A stretch of DNA of 57,458 nucleotides from Alphaproteobacteria bacterium (GCA_965658725.1 CBFHUI010000006.1:1-57458), one strand, 5' to 3'; shown: positions 26,794 to 37,240, counted from the stretch's first letter. The notes: generated by a model from the sequence alone, not told the origin. Made by a program: numbers and translations.

Positions 26794-28446
26794 ATGACAA
26801 GCCACCACTACAACACCGACCTTGCCCGCAACCCCGCCAACTTCCAGCCCCTGACCCCGCTGACCTTTCTGGAGCGCTCGGCCTCCGTTTTTCCTGAGCA
26901 TACGGCGATCATCCACGGCGCGTTGCGACGGACCTACGCGGACTTCTACGCGCGCTGTCGGCAGTTGGGTTCGGCGCTGTCCAGCCGGTTCGCGATCGGG
27001 CGCGGAGACACGGTTTCAGTCATTCTCGCCAACACCCCAGCAATGCTCGAATGCCACTATGGCGTTCCAATGTGCGCGGGCGTTCTGCACTCGATCAACA
27101 CCCGACTGGACGCCGCCGTCATCGCCTTCCAACTCGATCACGCCGGCTCGAAAGTGGTCATCGCCGACCGCGAATTCATGCCACTGGTGCGGGAAGCATT
27201 GGCACTGGCCAGCGTATCGCCCGTGTTGATCGAGTACGACGACCCTGAATTTACAGGCCCCGCCACCGACCGCGGCGACGCGCTGGACTACGAAGACCTG
27301 CTTGCGGGGGGCGATCCGGCCTATGACTGGGTCATGCCCGAGGACGAGTGGGACGCGATTTCGATCAATTACACCAGTGGCACCACAGGCGACCCGAAAG
27401 GCGTGGTCTACCACCATCGCGGGGCCTACCTGCTGGCGCAGGGCAATGCACTGACGACTTCGATGGCCAAGCACGCGGTCTATCTGTGGACGCTGCCGAT
27501 GTTCCACTGCAACGGCTGGTGCTTCCCCTGGACGCTTTCGGCGATTGCCGGAACGCACGTGTGCTTGCGGCAGGTGCGGGCAGAGCCGATCTGGGAAGCC
27601 CTGGCCGACGAAAAGGTGACGCACTTGTGCGGCGCGCCGATTGTCATGTCGCTGCTGATCACCGCGCCGGAAAGCGTCAAGCGGCCGTTGGAGCAGGATG
27701 TCCAGTTCTTCACCGCCGCTGCGCCGCCGCCTGAATCGGTCCTGCGCGACATGAAAGCCGCCGGCTTCGACGTGACCCACCTCTATGGCCTGACCGAGAC
27801 CTATGGGCCGTCTGTCGTCAACGATTGGCACGCAGTCTGGTCCGATCTTCCCGCCGCTGATCAAGCCCGGCTGAAATCGCGTCAGGGCGTGCGCTATCTG
27901 CCGCTGGAACAGCTCGACGTCCTCGACCCTGACACCCTGCAAGCCGTCCCTCGGGATGGGGAGACCATGGGCGAGGTCATGTTCCGGGGTAACGTCGTCA
28001 TGAAGGGCTACTTCCGCAATCCTGAGGCCACCGACAAAGCCTTTGCCGGGGGCTGGTTCCATTCGGGTGATCTGGGTGTGATCCACCCCGATGGGTACGT
28101 ACAGCTCAAGGACCGCTCCAAGGACATCATCATTTCTGGCGGCGAGAACATCTCGTCGATTGAGGTGGAGGACGCGCTCTACCAGCATCCTGCCGTCGAG
28201 GCTGCTGCTGTCGTTGCCATGCCGCATGAAAAGTGGGGTGAGACGCCTTGCGCGTTTATCGAATTGGCGGCGGGGCAGGAGGCGGACCCCGAGGCGTTGC
28301 GCCAGTGGTGCCGGTCGCATCTGGCGGGCTACAAAGTCCCCAGCCGCTTTGTCTTCACTCCCATCGCGCGGACATCAACGGGGAAAATTCAGAAGTTCCT
28401 ACTGCGCGAACAGGCGCGGACGCTTGCGTCTGAGGCAGCGGACTGA
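26794..28446 (+). CDS. Acyl-CoA synthetase (AMP-forming), family that I recall includes DmdB1-type MMPA-CoA ligases
   Basis: NPANFQPLTPLTFLER, YTSGTTGDPKG, YGLTETYG, GWFHSGDL, DRSKDIIISGGENI, TSTGKIQK. Confidence 0.9.
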   Translation: MTSHHYNTDLARNPANFQPLTPLTFLERSASVFPEHTAIIHGALRRTYADFYARCRQLGSALSSRFAIGRGDTVSVILANTPAMLECHYGVPMCAGVLHSINTRLDAAVIAFQLDHAGSKVVIADREFMPLVREALALASVSPVLIEYDDPEFTGPATDRGDALDYEDLLAGGDPAYDWVMPEDEWDAISINYTSGTTGDPKGVVYHHRGAYLLAQGNALTTSMAKHAVYLWTLPMFHCNGWCFPWTLSAIAGTHVCLRQVRAEPIWEALADEKVTHLCGAPIVMSLLITAPESVKRPLEQDVQFFTAAAPPPESVLRDMKAAGFDVTHLYGLTETYGPSVVNDWHAVWSDLPAADQARLKSRQGVRYLPLEQLDVLDPDTLQAVPRDGETMGEVMFRGNVVMKGYFRNPEATDKAFAGGWFHSGDLGVIHPDGYVQLKDRSKDIIISGGENISSIEVEDALYQHPAVEAAAVVAMPHEKWGETPCAFIELAAGQEADPEALRQWCRSHLAGYKVPSRFVFTPIARTSTGKIQKFLLREQARTLASEAAD

Positions 28447-28462
28447 AGGAGGCGGTTCTCAC

Positions 28463-29233
28463 ATGATTTCGGAAGTCAAAGCGGTTGTCTTCGATTGGGC
28501 CGGGACCATGGTCGATTTCGGCAGCTTCGCCCCCACGACATCCTTCGTCGCGGCGTTCGAGGATTTCGGCGTCGCCGTGACGCTTGCCGAAGCCCGTGGC
28601 CCCATGGGCCTGCCCAAGCGCGCGCACATCGAGACCATGCTGGCCCAGCCGCGCATCGCTCAGGCATGGGTCGAGGCCCACGGGTCCGAGCCCGGTGCCG
28701 GGGATGTTGATGCCATCCTCGCCCGTTTTGAGCCAATTACCGCGCGGGTTGCCGCTGATCACGCCCAGCTCATCCCCGGTGCGCTCGACATGCTCGACGC
28801 GCTGGCGGCGCGCGGGATCAAAGTTGGCTCGACCACTGGCTATACGCGCCAGATCATGGACAGCGTCCGCCCCGTCGCGGCTGCGCAAGGGTACAGCCCA
28901 CTGAACTGCGTATGCTCTGATGACCTGTTGATTGGGCGACCCGGTCCACTGGGGATGTATCAGTCTATGGTCGATCTTGGCGTATTCCCGCCCAGCAGCA
29001 TGGTCAAAGTGGACGATACGGCTCCAGGCATCGCTGAAGGCGTCGCAGCCGGATGTCCGACTGTGGGCGTCGCGCTCAGCGGGAACCATGTCGGCTTGAC
29101 GGCTGAGGAGCTTGCATCGCTGCCCGAAGACGAGATCGAGGTCTACCGCGCTTCGGCGACTGCCATGCTGGAGGCTGCAGGCGCTGACTTCGTGATCGAC
29201 ACGGTCGCGGACTTGCCCAAGCTGCTCAGCTGA
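28463..29233 (+). CDS. phnX: Phosphonoacetaldehyde hydrolase (phosphonatase)
   Basis: FDWAGT.VDFGS.AP, PMGLPKRAHI (Schiff-base Lys and His), GSTTGY, GRP, KVDDT..GI.EG; [11 protein letters not shown]. Confidence 0.92.
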   Translation: MISEVKAVVFDWAGTMVDFGSFAPTTSFVAAFEDFGVAVTLAEARGPMGLPKRAHIETMLAQPRIAQAWVEAHGSEPGAGDVDAILARFEPITARVAADHAQLIPGALDMLDALAARGIKVGSTTGYTRQIMDSVRPVAAAQGYSPLNCVCSDDLLIGRPGPLGMYQSMVDLGVFPPSSMVKVDDTAPGIAEGVAAGCPTVGVALSGNHVGLTAEELASLPEDEIEVYRASATAMLEAAGADFVIDTVADLPKLLS

Positions 29234-29251
29234 GCAGATAGGGTGCAGCGG

Positions 29252-31252
29252 CTACCAGCCGCCGCCACCGCCGCCACCACCGCCACCGCCACTGAACGAA
29301 CTGCCGCCCGAAGATGAGGACGAGGAGTAGTTCAGGTTCTTGGAGACGTTGCTTTCGAACCGGTCCAACGTGCTGTGGAAGCTGCCGATACCACTGCCGT
29401 ACCACAGGTAGCTGTCATCCTCGCGATGCGCCTCCAGCCAGCCCTTGAGTTCACGATCAAAGCGCTCTGCCCACTCGGTGTGCAGGCCCAGAGCAAAGGC
29501 GTAGGGGTAGACGTCTGAGAAGTGCTTGAAGTCCGGCTCCGGTTCGTCTTTGAGCGCGCCACGTTCCGCTGAACGGATGTACATGCGCAAGCCCTCAAGT
29601 TCTGCGGCAGTCTCCGCCCCGGCGGTCGAGTAGTTGTTGATGTGCACCCGCGCGAAGAACAGCCCTAACGCTGACAAGCCGTAAGCGGCGTAGAGGGTGA
29701 GGAAGGCTGGATGTTCGGCGGCCATGATCCACGAGGAGCCCAACCCCAAACCGCCCAGCACGAGCACAAAATACACCCACGATCGGAAGTGGAAGGAAGT
29801 CTGCCCTGAACGCAGCAGCACAAGGCTCATAAAGAACAGCACCACGATGAAGAGCATGAAAATCGCAATGGCATAGAAGGCCGTCAGCAGAGATGCCGCG
29901 ACCCAGAGCACCGGCACCGCGACCAGCAGCACGATCATCCAGAGCCAGTTCGGACGGAAGTTTTGCCGGAACTCGTCTCGGAAGCGTTTGCGCAGATTCT
30001 TTCCGGCCTGCGTCATGAGTTTCGCCTTGTTATCGCTGGGTTTTTTCAGCGAGAAGGCACTGTCAGTGAATTGCAGGTTGAGGTCGTTGAGGATGCCGAT
30101 TTCTGCGGGCGTAAGGTTGCTCTCCCGCGCACTGATCCGCTCGATCCGGTCGTTTTCCAGTCGGATTGACCCCTTGACGGCCAGGCTCACCAGGCCGGTT
30201 GTCAGCAGCCGCTCCCGGCTCGCGTGGCCACGGCGGAACAGGAAGCGCGCTGCTGCAGGGCCGATGAAGTTGGGCGGGTAGAACTGCGGCACGATCACCG
30301 GCATGGTCGCGGACTCGCGCCCGATCATGAACCAGATCAGCAGCGTGAGACCGGCCAACGCCGCGGCCATGGTCAGCAGCGCCATCAATCCGGTCAGGTT
30401 GGCTTCCACTTCAAGCACGGCCAGCTCCCGCAAGCGCTGGCGCTCCGCTTCTTCCTGCGCCCTGCGCGCTTCTTCTTGCGCGCGCAAGTTGGCGTAGTAG
30501 GCCTCATTCAGCACGGGATAATTGGGACCGCTGGCGAGCAGGTCGGGGGTGAAGCGTTGGACAAAGGTGACGCCGCGGTTGGCGTCCAGCGGCGCACCGG
30601 TTAGCACGACGCCCCCTTCAAAGGGTTCGACCCGCACGTCATAAGCGTTGCCGCTTGCCCCAAAGGATCCGCTAAACACCTTGGAGTCAACTGGCTGGGC
30701 ACCGCTGGGGTAATTGACTTGCACCCGCCACTCACGAACCGGAAAGTTCCAGAAGTGGGGCATGACGTTCCAGTCGAAATTGTCTGTCTCGTCGTACTGG
30801 CGGATTGCCTTGGGAACGCGGTAGTTGATCTCCCACGTGTAGAACCGGTTCTTGGGCAGCTTCACATCCTCACGGCCAAAGTAGGCGCGATAGGAGCCAT
30901 CCACGTATTCGGTGCGGGCAATGTTCTCGGTTGCGCCGTCGCGCAAGGCGTAGAGGTTTCGGATAGGTGGGGAGCTTGGTTGGTACGCATCCAGACCCGC
31001 GCGCGCAAAATCGCGGTAGATGCCGCGTTCAATCTGATCGCGCTTGACGTAGACCCGCAGCGTTTCCCGGATCATCAACTCGCCATCGGGAAGGATGGTA
31101 ATCGTTGTCTGGTAGCTGTCGATATACTCTTTGTTGTAGCCTGGCGCCGGCTGATCCTGCTGGGCAAAGGCTGGTCCTGCGAGGCTCAGCGCGCCCAGCC
31201 ACAGCAGCGTTACGCCCAGCCGCACCCAGCCGCCAAGACCACGCGCAATCAT
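29252..31252 (-). CDS. DUF2207 family membrane protein
   Basis: Signal peptide, E.I..Y...I.I.PDG.L.I.E, RGIYRD, TM segments, YPYAFALG...WA.RF, and a Ser/Gly-rich GGGGGGW end. Confidence 0.9.
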   Translation of the reverse strand: MIARGLGGWVRLGVTLLWLGALSLAGPAFAQQDQPAPGYNKEYIDSYQTTITILPDGELMIRETLRVYVKRDQIERGIYRDFARAGLDAYQPSSPPIRNLYALRDGATENIARTEYVDGSYRAYFGREDVKLPKNRFYTWEINYRVPKAIRQYDETDNFDWNVMPHFWNFPVREWRVQVNYPSGAQPVDSKVFSGSFGASGNAYDVRVEPFEGGVVLTGAPLDANRGVTFVQRFTPDLLASGPNYPVLNEAYYANLRAQEEARRAQEEAERQRLRELAVLEVEANLTGLMALLTMAAALAGLTLLIWFMIGRESATMPVIVPQFYPPNFIGPAAARFLFRRGHASRERLLTTGLVSLAVKGSIRLENDRIERISARESNLTPAEIGILNDLNLQFTDSAFSLKKPSDNKAKLMTQAGKNLRKRFRDEFRQNFRPNWLWMIVLLVAVPVLWVAASLLTAFYAIAIFMLFIVVLFFMSLVLLRSGQTSFHFRSWVYFVLVLGGLGLGSSWIMAAEHPAFLTLYAAYGLSALGLFFARVHINNYSTAGAETAAELEGLRMYIRSAERGALKDEPEPDFKHFSDVYPYAFALGLHTEWAERFDRELKGWLEAHREDDSYLWYGSGIGSFHSTLDRFESNVSKNLNYSSSSSSGGSSFSGGGGGGGGGGGW
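29255..29292 (-). repeat. Poly-Gly coding GGN repeat at the DUF2207 C-terminus
   Basis: ccgccgccaccgccgccaccaccgccaccgcc on the + strand. Confidence 0.7.
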
Positions 31253-31818
31253 GAGAAATCGACAGCAGGCGCCGCCCGCTGCGCATCGTCGTCGAGTTCG
31301 AAGAAATCAGCCGGATGAAAGCCGAAACCAGCCGCGAACAGCACGGCAGGAAAGCTCTGGCAGGACGTGTTGAAATCCCGCACTGCGCCGTTGTAGTAGC
31401 GCCGCGCCCGCTGAATATGGTCTTCCAGCGCGCTCAGTTCGTCCTGAAGCTGCAGGAAGGTCTCGTTGGACTTCAGTTCCGGGTAATCCTCGGCGACTGC
31501 CAGCACGTTGGCGAGCGCCGTGCTCACTTGCGCTTCGGCCTTGCCGCGTTCTCGCGGATCGTCGCTGTTCAGCGCCGTGCGCATCTCTGTGACCCGGGTC
31601 AGCACCTCGGATTCCTGCTGCATGTAACCTTTGACCGACGACACCAGATTGCCGATCAGGTTAAACCGCCTGCGCAGTTGTACATCGATCCCGCTCCAGC
31701 CCTCTTCGACGAGGTTGCGCTGTCGAACAAGCCCGTTGTACAGCGCGATTGCGAACACAATCAGCAGCAAAGCGCTGCCAAAGATCAACGCGAAAACAAT
31801 GAGTAAGGCCGTAAGCAT
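31249..31818 (-). CDS. lemA: LemA family protein
   Basis: N-terminal TM, YNGLV..RN.V..WS.IDVQL.RR..LI.NLV, EDYPELKSN..F..LQ.EL..E..I..ARRYYN. Confidence 0.93.
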   Translation of the reverse strand: MLTALLIVFALIFGSALLLIVFAIALYNGLVRQRNLVEEGWSGIDVQLRRRFNLIGNLVSSVKGYMQQESEVLTRVTEMRTALNSDDPRERGKAEAQVSTALANVLAVAEDYPELKSNETFLQLQDELSALEDHIQRARRYYNGAVRDFNTSCQSFPAVLFAAGFGFHPADFFELDDDAQRAAPAVDFS

Positions 31819-31899
31819 AGGGCGACTCTCCTTGGTTCAAGCCACATCCAGTATGCGCACCCCGGTTCAGGACGGCAAGCGCACCCTCAAACCGGCCCT

Positions 31900-33570
31900 T
31901 TAGCCTTCCCCGTTCACTGGCCCGTCCACTGCCTCGTCCGCCTTCTGCTTCTGGCGCTGGGCGAGGACGGTGTTGAGCCAGTCCGGGTCCATTTCGGGGA
32001 CCGAGGACAGGAGCAGTTCTGAGTAATCCGGGTGGGGCGGGGAAAGCACCTCGGACTTCATGCCTTGCTCGACGACCCGGCCCTCGAACATCACCACGAT
32101 CTCATCTGAAATCGCTCGGACGGTGGCGATGTCGTGGGTGATGAAGAGGTAGGCGATACCGAATTCCTTTTGCAGACGCTGGAGCAGCGTCAGGATGCCT
32201 TCTTGCACGATCTGATCGAGCGCTGAGGTGACTTCGTCGCAAATGATCATGTCCGGTTCCGCAGCCAGCGCGCGGGCGATGCAGATGCGCTGTTTTTGGC
32301 CGCCGGACAGCTCATCAGGCAGGCGGTCATAGAAGCTCGCGTCCAGCTCTATCATTTCAAGCAGTTCGATCACCCGGCGCTCTTGTGCCTGTCCACGCAG
32401 GCCCAGATAGAACTCCAGCGGCCGGCCGATGATCTGCCCGACGGTCTGCCGCGGGTTCATCGCCGTGTCCGCCATCTGGTAGATCATCTGGATCCGCCGC
32501 AGTTGCTCTTTCGAGCGGTTCGACAGTTTTGGGGGCAAGGTCTCGCCGTCGAAAGTGACGGTGCCGCCGGACTGGGGCAGGAGACCGGTAATCACGCGCG
32601 CAGTCGTGGACTTGCCCGAACCGGACTCCCCGACCACGGCCACCGTTCGGCCCCGCGGCAGTTTGATCGAGACATCGTGCAGCACCTTGGCCCCCCCGCC
32701 GTAAGCGGCATCGATGTTGTCGATTTGCAGCAGCACATCTTCGCTGGGCTCCTCGGGCTTGACCAGCGAGCGCACGGACCAGAGGGAGCGGGTGTAGACC
32801 TCGCGCGGGTTGGCCAGCATGGTCCGGGTAGGGGCCTGCTCAACCTCTTCGCCGTAGCGCAGAACTTTAATCCGGTCGGCCATTTGCGCGACCACGGCAA
32901 GGTCGTGGGTGATGTAGATCGCAGCCGTGTTGAACTGGCTGACAATGGCACGGATAGACGCCAGAACCTCGACTTGCGTGGTCACGTCCAGCGCTGTCGT
33001 CGGCTCATCGAAAATGATCAGATCGGGGCGCGAGGACATGGCCATCGCTGTCATCACCCGTTGCAGCTGACCGCCGGAGACCTGATGGGGGTAGCGCTGG
33101 CCGATGATGTCAGGTTCGGGCAGGTTGAGCGCATCGAACAGCTCGATCGCATCCCGACGCAGTTCGCTTTCCGAGCGGTCACCGACCCGTTTCGAGGCGC
33201 GGATGGTCTGGTCGATCAGCCGGTGCGCCGGGTTGAAGGACGCAGCGGCAGACTGAGCGACGTAGGAAATGCGTGTGCCCCAGATCCGCCGCTTGGCGCT
33301 GACCGGTGCCTTGGCCAGATCCTGCCCATCGAACCAGATTTCTCCGCCCGTGATCCGGCAACCTGGCTGGGTGTAGCCCATGGCCGCTTTGCCCAGCGTT
33401 GACTTGCCCGCGCCGCTTTCCCCAATCAGCCCAAGCACTTCGCCCCTGTGCAGTTGCAGGTCAACGCCCTTGATGATCGGATGCCAGCGTTCATCCGAAA
33501 AGCCTTCAATGGCGATCGAGCGCATGTCGAGCAGGGGCGCGTCAGCGCTGGTCTTGGGAGCCTCAGTCAT
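31900..33570 (-). CDS. Dipeptide/oligopeptide-type ABC transporter ATPase, two fused NBDs
   Basis: GESGAGKS and GESGSGKS Walker A; YPHQVSGGQLQR and LSGGQKQR signatures. Confidence 0.92.
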   Translation of the reverse strand: MTEAPKTSADAPLLDMRSIAIEGFSDERWHPIIKGVDLQLHRGEVLGLIGESGAGKSTLGKAAMGYTQPGCRITGGEIWFDGQDLAKAPVSAKRRIWGTRISYVAQSAAASFNPAHRLIDQTIRASKRVGDRSESELRRDAIELFDALNLPEPDIIGQRYPHQVSGGQLQRVMTAMAMSSRPDLIIFDEPTTALDVTTQVEVLASIRAIVSQFNTAAIYITHDLAVVAQMADRIKVLRYGEEVEQAPTRTMLANPREVYTRSLWSVRSLVKPEEPSEDVLLQIDNIDAAYGGGAKVLHDVSIKLPRGRTVAVVGESGSGKSTTARVITGLLPQSGGTVTFDGETLPPKLSNRSKEQLRRIQMIYQMADTAMNPRQTVGQIIGRPLEFYLGLRGQAQERRVIELLEMIELDASFYDRLPDELSGGQKQRICIARALAAEPDMIICDEVTSALDQIVQEGILTLLQRLQKEFGIAYLFITHDIATVRAISDEIVVMFEGRVVEQGMKSEVLSPPHPDYSELLLSSVPEMDPDWLNTVLAQRQKQKADEAVDGPVNGEG

Positions 33571-34498
33571 CGCGCAATCCACTGGTTTCGTGCAGGAACC
33601 AATCAACGATGAAGTTCACCGCGATCGTCAGCAGCGCGATACAGCCCGCCGGCAGCAGCGGCTTGAGGGCGTAGTACAGCGCTTCCTGGAAGGGGAAGTA
33701 GGGAACGTAAGTGATCCACCGGGCGTTCTCGCGCACCATCGAACCCCAGTCCGCCGTCGGTGGCTGCACGCCCATACCCAAGAAGCTCAGCGCCGCGATG
33801 GTCAGGAACACGAAGATGAAACGCAGCCCGAACTCAGCGATCAGTGGGGGCAGGATGTTGGGCAGGATTTCCCGCGTCATGATCCACCCCATGTTCTCCC
33901 CCCTCAGCCGCGCGGCTTCGACATAGTCCATGACCACGATGTTGAGCGATACGGAGCGGGTGAGGCGGAAAACGCGGGTGGCGTCGAGGATGCCGATGAT
34001 CAGGATCAGGCCGAGGATCGACGAGTCAAAAATCGCCAGCAGCATGAGCGCGAAAATCAGGCTCGGGATGGCCATCAGCACATCCACGCCTCGGCTCAGC
34101 ACCTGATCAATCCAGCCGCGGTCAATCGCGGCGATCAGGCCAAGACCGCCGCCGACAAGGAAGGACAGCATGGTCGTCCCCAGCGCGATCCCCACAGTAT
34201 TGCGCGCGCCATACAGCAGGCGCGTCAGCACGTCTCGGCCAATCTGGTCGGTGCCCAGCCAGTGCGCCTTTGACCAAACGTCGTCGGCCTTGGCGAAAAT
34301 CTCAGCCTCGCCATAGGGTGCGATCAGCGGTGCGAACAGGGCCACGATCATGTAAATCGAGACCACGATCATGCCGAACCACGCGGTCAGCGGCGCGCGG
34401 CTGAACAGGATGCGCAGGCGCTCAAACCGGCTCCGGCGCAGGCGAACGGCGCCGGTTTCATTCACGGCGGAGTGTGATGTCTGGGGCTGCTCGGTCAT
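33563..34498 (-). CDS. ABC transporter permease (DppC/OppC type)
   Basis: HWLGTDQIGRD, YVEAARLRGE, LSFLGMGVQPP.ADWG.M. Confidence 0.92.
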   Translation of the reverse strand: MTEQPQTSHSAVNETGAVRLRRSRFERLRILFSRAPLTAWFGMIVVSIYMIVALFAPLIAPYGEAEIFAKADDVWSKAHWLGTDQIGRDVLTRLLYGARNTVGIALGTTMLSFLVGGGLGLIAAIDRGWIDQVLSRGVDVLMAIPSLIFALMLLAIFDSSILGLILIIGILDATRVFRLTRSVSLNIVVMDYVEAARLRGENMGWIMTREILPNILPPLIAEFGLRFIFVFLTIAALSFLGMGVQPPTADWGSMVRENARWITYVPYFPFQEALYYALKPLLPAGCIALLTIAVNFIVDWFLHETSGLRDD

Positions 34499-35466
34499 CG
34501 GGGGTGCAACAGTCTGGGGTTGGTGAGAATACCGATCAGGTCGGCAACGAGGTTGAGCACGATGTAAGTGGCCGCAAAGATCAGCGCGCAGGCCTGGACC
34601 ACGGGGATGTCGCGACTGCCGACGGAATCCACCATCAGCTTGCCGATGCCCTCGTAGGTAAAGACCACCTCCACCACCACCACACCCACAACGAGGTAAG
34701 CGAGGTTAAAGGCGATGACCGTCGCAATCGGTGCCCAGGCGTTGGGCAAGGCATGGCGGAAGATGATCTCAGCCTGACTGGCCCCAGACAGGCGCGCCAT
34801 TTCGATATAGGGGCTGGCCAGCAGGTTGATGATGGCCGCGCGCGTCATCCGCATCATGTGCGCCACGATCACCAGAGTGAGCGTGATCGTCGGCAACGCC
34901 ACCAGCTCCAGTCGCGCAAACAGGCCCATGTCTGGTTTGACGTTAGCGATCGTCGGCAGCAGGCCGCCGAAGCCGATGATCAGGATGTAGGCGAGAAAGA
35001 ACTCAGGCGCTGAAATCGTCGTCAGCGTTGCCCCGTTGGCGGCGCGGTCGAAGATCGAGTTGCGGAAAAGTGCGGTCAGCAGCCCGAGGATCAACGCCAG
35101 TGGAACCGCAACGGCGGCGGTCACAAGCGCGAGAAATACCGTGTTGCGGAGCTTAGGCGCCATGATTTCCAGCACGGGGCGCGAGAGATCAAATCCCGAT
35201 GAATTTCGCCCGGAGAAAGAGCTGCCGAAGTCGCCTTGCATGACCCCGATGATCCAATCGACGTAACGCAGGTGTAGGGGCTTATCCAGACCCAACCCGG
35301 CGCGAAAGGCGGCGAGGGTTTCTTCGGTCGCGGTCTGTCCGAGTACCGCTTGAGCAAAATCACCGGGCAGCAGCGAGATCGCGCTGAAGATCAGAAGCGA
35401 AACAATAAACAGTGTCACGAACCCCAGCAGGAGCCGCTTACCAATGACTTCAAAGAGTCTGATCAA
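34495..35466 (-). CDS. ABC transporter permease (DppB/OppB type)
   Basis: LLPGD, LGLDKP...RY..W, GDFG.S, YIEMARLSG, HALPNA, RDIPVVQ; probable TTG start after GAGGGAG. Confidence 0.9.
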   Translation of the reverse strand: MIRLFEVIGKRLLLGFVTLFIVSLLIFSAISLLPGDFAQAVLGQTATEETLAAFRAGLGLDKPLHLRYVDWIIGVMQGDFGSSFSGRNSSGFDLSRPVLEIMAPKLRNTVFLALVTAAVAVPLALILGLLTALFRNSIFDRAANGATLTTISAPEFFLAYILIIGFGGLLPTIANVKPDMGLFARLELVALPTITLTLVIVAHMMRMTRAAIINLLASPYIEMARLSGASQAEIIFRHALPNAWAPIATVIAFNLAYLVVGVVVVEVVFTYEGIGKLMVDSVGSRDIPVVQACALIFAATYIVLNLVADLIGILTNPRLLHPR

Positions 35467-35632
35467 GGAAGGAACTCCCTCAAGACCGAATGGGCATGAC
35501 CGGTAGACGGTGCCGGGCAGGGGGCTTATTGGCCGTGCCGGCAGCTGTCTCCGTGAAAGTGATAAGCGCTGCAAAGCGGGTCTGAAACAAACTCAGACCC
35601 GCTCGGCTGCGTTAAACGAAGGGCTTGTCGCC

Positions 35633-37240
35633 TTAAGCGAACCACCACCGCTCGCCCAGGCGCGCGCCGTCGTTTTCCCAGTTACCACCAATGGCCTCTT
35701 CATGCGCCAGCACGTTGGAAGAGGCATGAATGTTGTTGGTGAAGATCGGAACAATGGCACCACCGTCGTCAGCGATAATCTGCTGCGCTTCGTAGTACAT
35801 TTCCCGGCGCTTGGTGTCGTCCAGCTCCGAACGGGCTGCTACAACAACCGCGTTGAAGCGATCGGCTGCATCGCCGGAGGTCCAAGCCGTCTCGTTCCAC
35901 TCGGTGTCGGCCGTGTAAGCGGCGGAGAACATCCAGTCTTCGGTCGGACGACCACTCCATGCGGAGACGGAGAAGGCCTTCTTGTTCCATACGTTGGACC
36001 AGTACCCGTCTTCCGGCTCTTTGATCACCTTCACGTCGATGCCGGCCTGTGCTGCAGATGCGGCGAACAGGTTGGCCATGTCGGTGGAACCCGGACCCGG
36101 CGTCTCGGACGTGGACAGCTCAAGCGTACCGCTGTGGCCGGACTTCTTGTAGTAGAAGGCCGCCTGCTCGGGATCAAACTCCCGCTGCGGCAGGTCCGCG
36201 TTGTGGTAGCGGTGTGCAGGCGAGATCGGGTGGTCGTTGCCCAGGGTACCGTGACCCAGCAGCAGCTTGTCCATGATCTCCTGACGGTTGATCGACAGCT
36301 TCAGCGCCATGCGCAGATCGTTGTTGTCGAAGGGGGCGGCGTTCACCCGCATCGGAATGGTCGTGTGCGCAAATCCTGCGGCCTCAACAACTTCCAACTG
36401 CGGAATGCGGTCGATCAACGGGATGTTCGACGGCGCAAGTCCGTTCATGTGGTCGATGTCGCCGTTGATCAGGGCCGTTTGGCGGGCCACGTCATCGTTC
36501 AGGCCGATCATCTCGACTTCATCGAAGTGCGCGCGGCCTTCCTTCCAGTAGTTCGGGTTGCGCGTGGCAAAGGTGCGCACGCCCGGTACGAACTCCTGCA
36601 GCACATAACCGCCGGTGCCCAGACCGCTGGCCATGTTCAGGCTACCGTCTGCTTCGCTTGGCCGGATCACCAAGTGGTAATCGGACAGCACAAACGGGAA
36701 GTCAGCGTTCGCACCCATCAGCTCGAATACGACGTTCATGTCGCCATCCTTGCGGATATCGGCGATGCCGCTGAGCAGGCCCTTGGCCGCCGAGGTGCTA
36801 TCGTCCGCCATGTGGTAGGCGAAGTTCGCGAGGATATCCTCAGGCGTGAGTGTCTTGCCGTTGTGGAATTCAACGCCCTTGCGCAGACGGAACACCCAGG
36901 TCTGACCGTCATCGGACTCGATGGACTCAGCCAGCTCGGGGATCAGTTGACCGTCGGGGCCGACTTCCGTCAGGCCGTTGGCGCTGAGCCAGCCAGTCGC
37001 CATCATGTACGAGCTCAGCCAAGTTGCCGGGTCGAGCGAGTCATTCGAGTCCGCAGCCGAGTTGCCCCAGCGCAGACGCCCGCCCTTCTTCGGGGTCGCG
37101 GCCATAGCGGTTTGGGCCAGGCTCAAGGCGGTGGGCAGTGCCACACCGGCGGCGAGCGCACCCATGACGAACTTACGGCGATCAATCAAGCCGTTGGTCA
37201 GCAGCTTTGATTGTTGCTGCAGGTACTGTTGCTTTTTCAC
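35633..37240 (-). CDS. Family-5 ABC substrate-binding protein with Tat signal
   Basis: IDRRKFV twin-Arg signal, SLDPA, PELAES, LRKGVEFHNG, GTGGY, RNPNYW; GTG start with RBS GGGAGG. Confidence 0.92.
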   Translation of the reverse strand: MKKQQYLQQQSKLLTNGLIDRRKFVMGALAAGVALPTALSLAQTAMAATPKKGGRLRWGNSAADSNDSLDPATWLSSYMMATGWLSANGLTEVGPDGQLIPELAESIESDDGQTWVFRLRKGVEFHNGKTLTPEDILANFAYHMADDSTSAAKGLLSGIADIRKDGDMNVVFELMGANADFPFVLSDYHLVIRPSEADGSLNMASGLGTGGYVLQEFVPGVRTFATRNPNYWKEGRAHFDEVEMIGLNDDVARQTALINGDIDHMNGLAPSNIPLIDRIPQLEVVEAAGFAHTTIPMRVNAAPFDNNDLRMALKLSINRQEIMDKLLLGHGTLGNDHPISPAHRYHNADLPQREFDPEQAAFYYKKSGHSGTLELSTSETPGPGSTDMANLFAASAAQAGIDVKVIKEPEDGYWSNVWNKKAFSVSAWSGRPTEDWMFSAAYTADTEWNETAWTSGDAADRFNAVVVAARSELDDTKRREMYYEAQQIIADDGGAIVPIFTNNIHASSNVLAHEEAIGGNWENDGARLGERWWFA

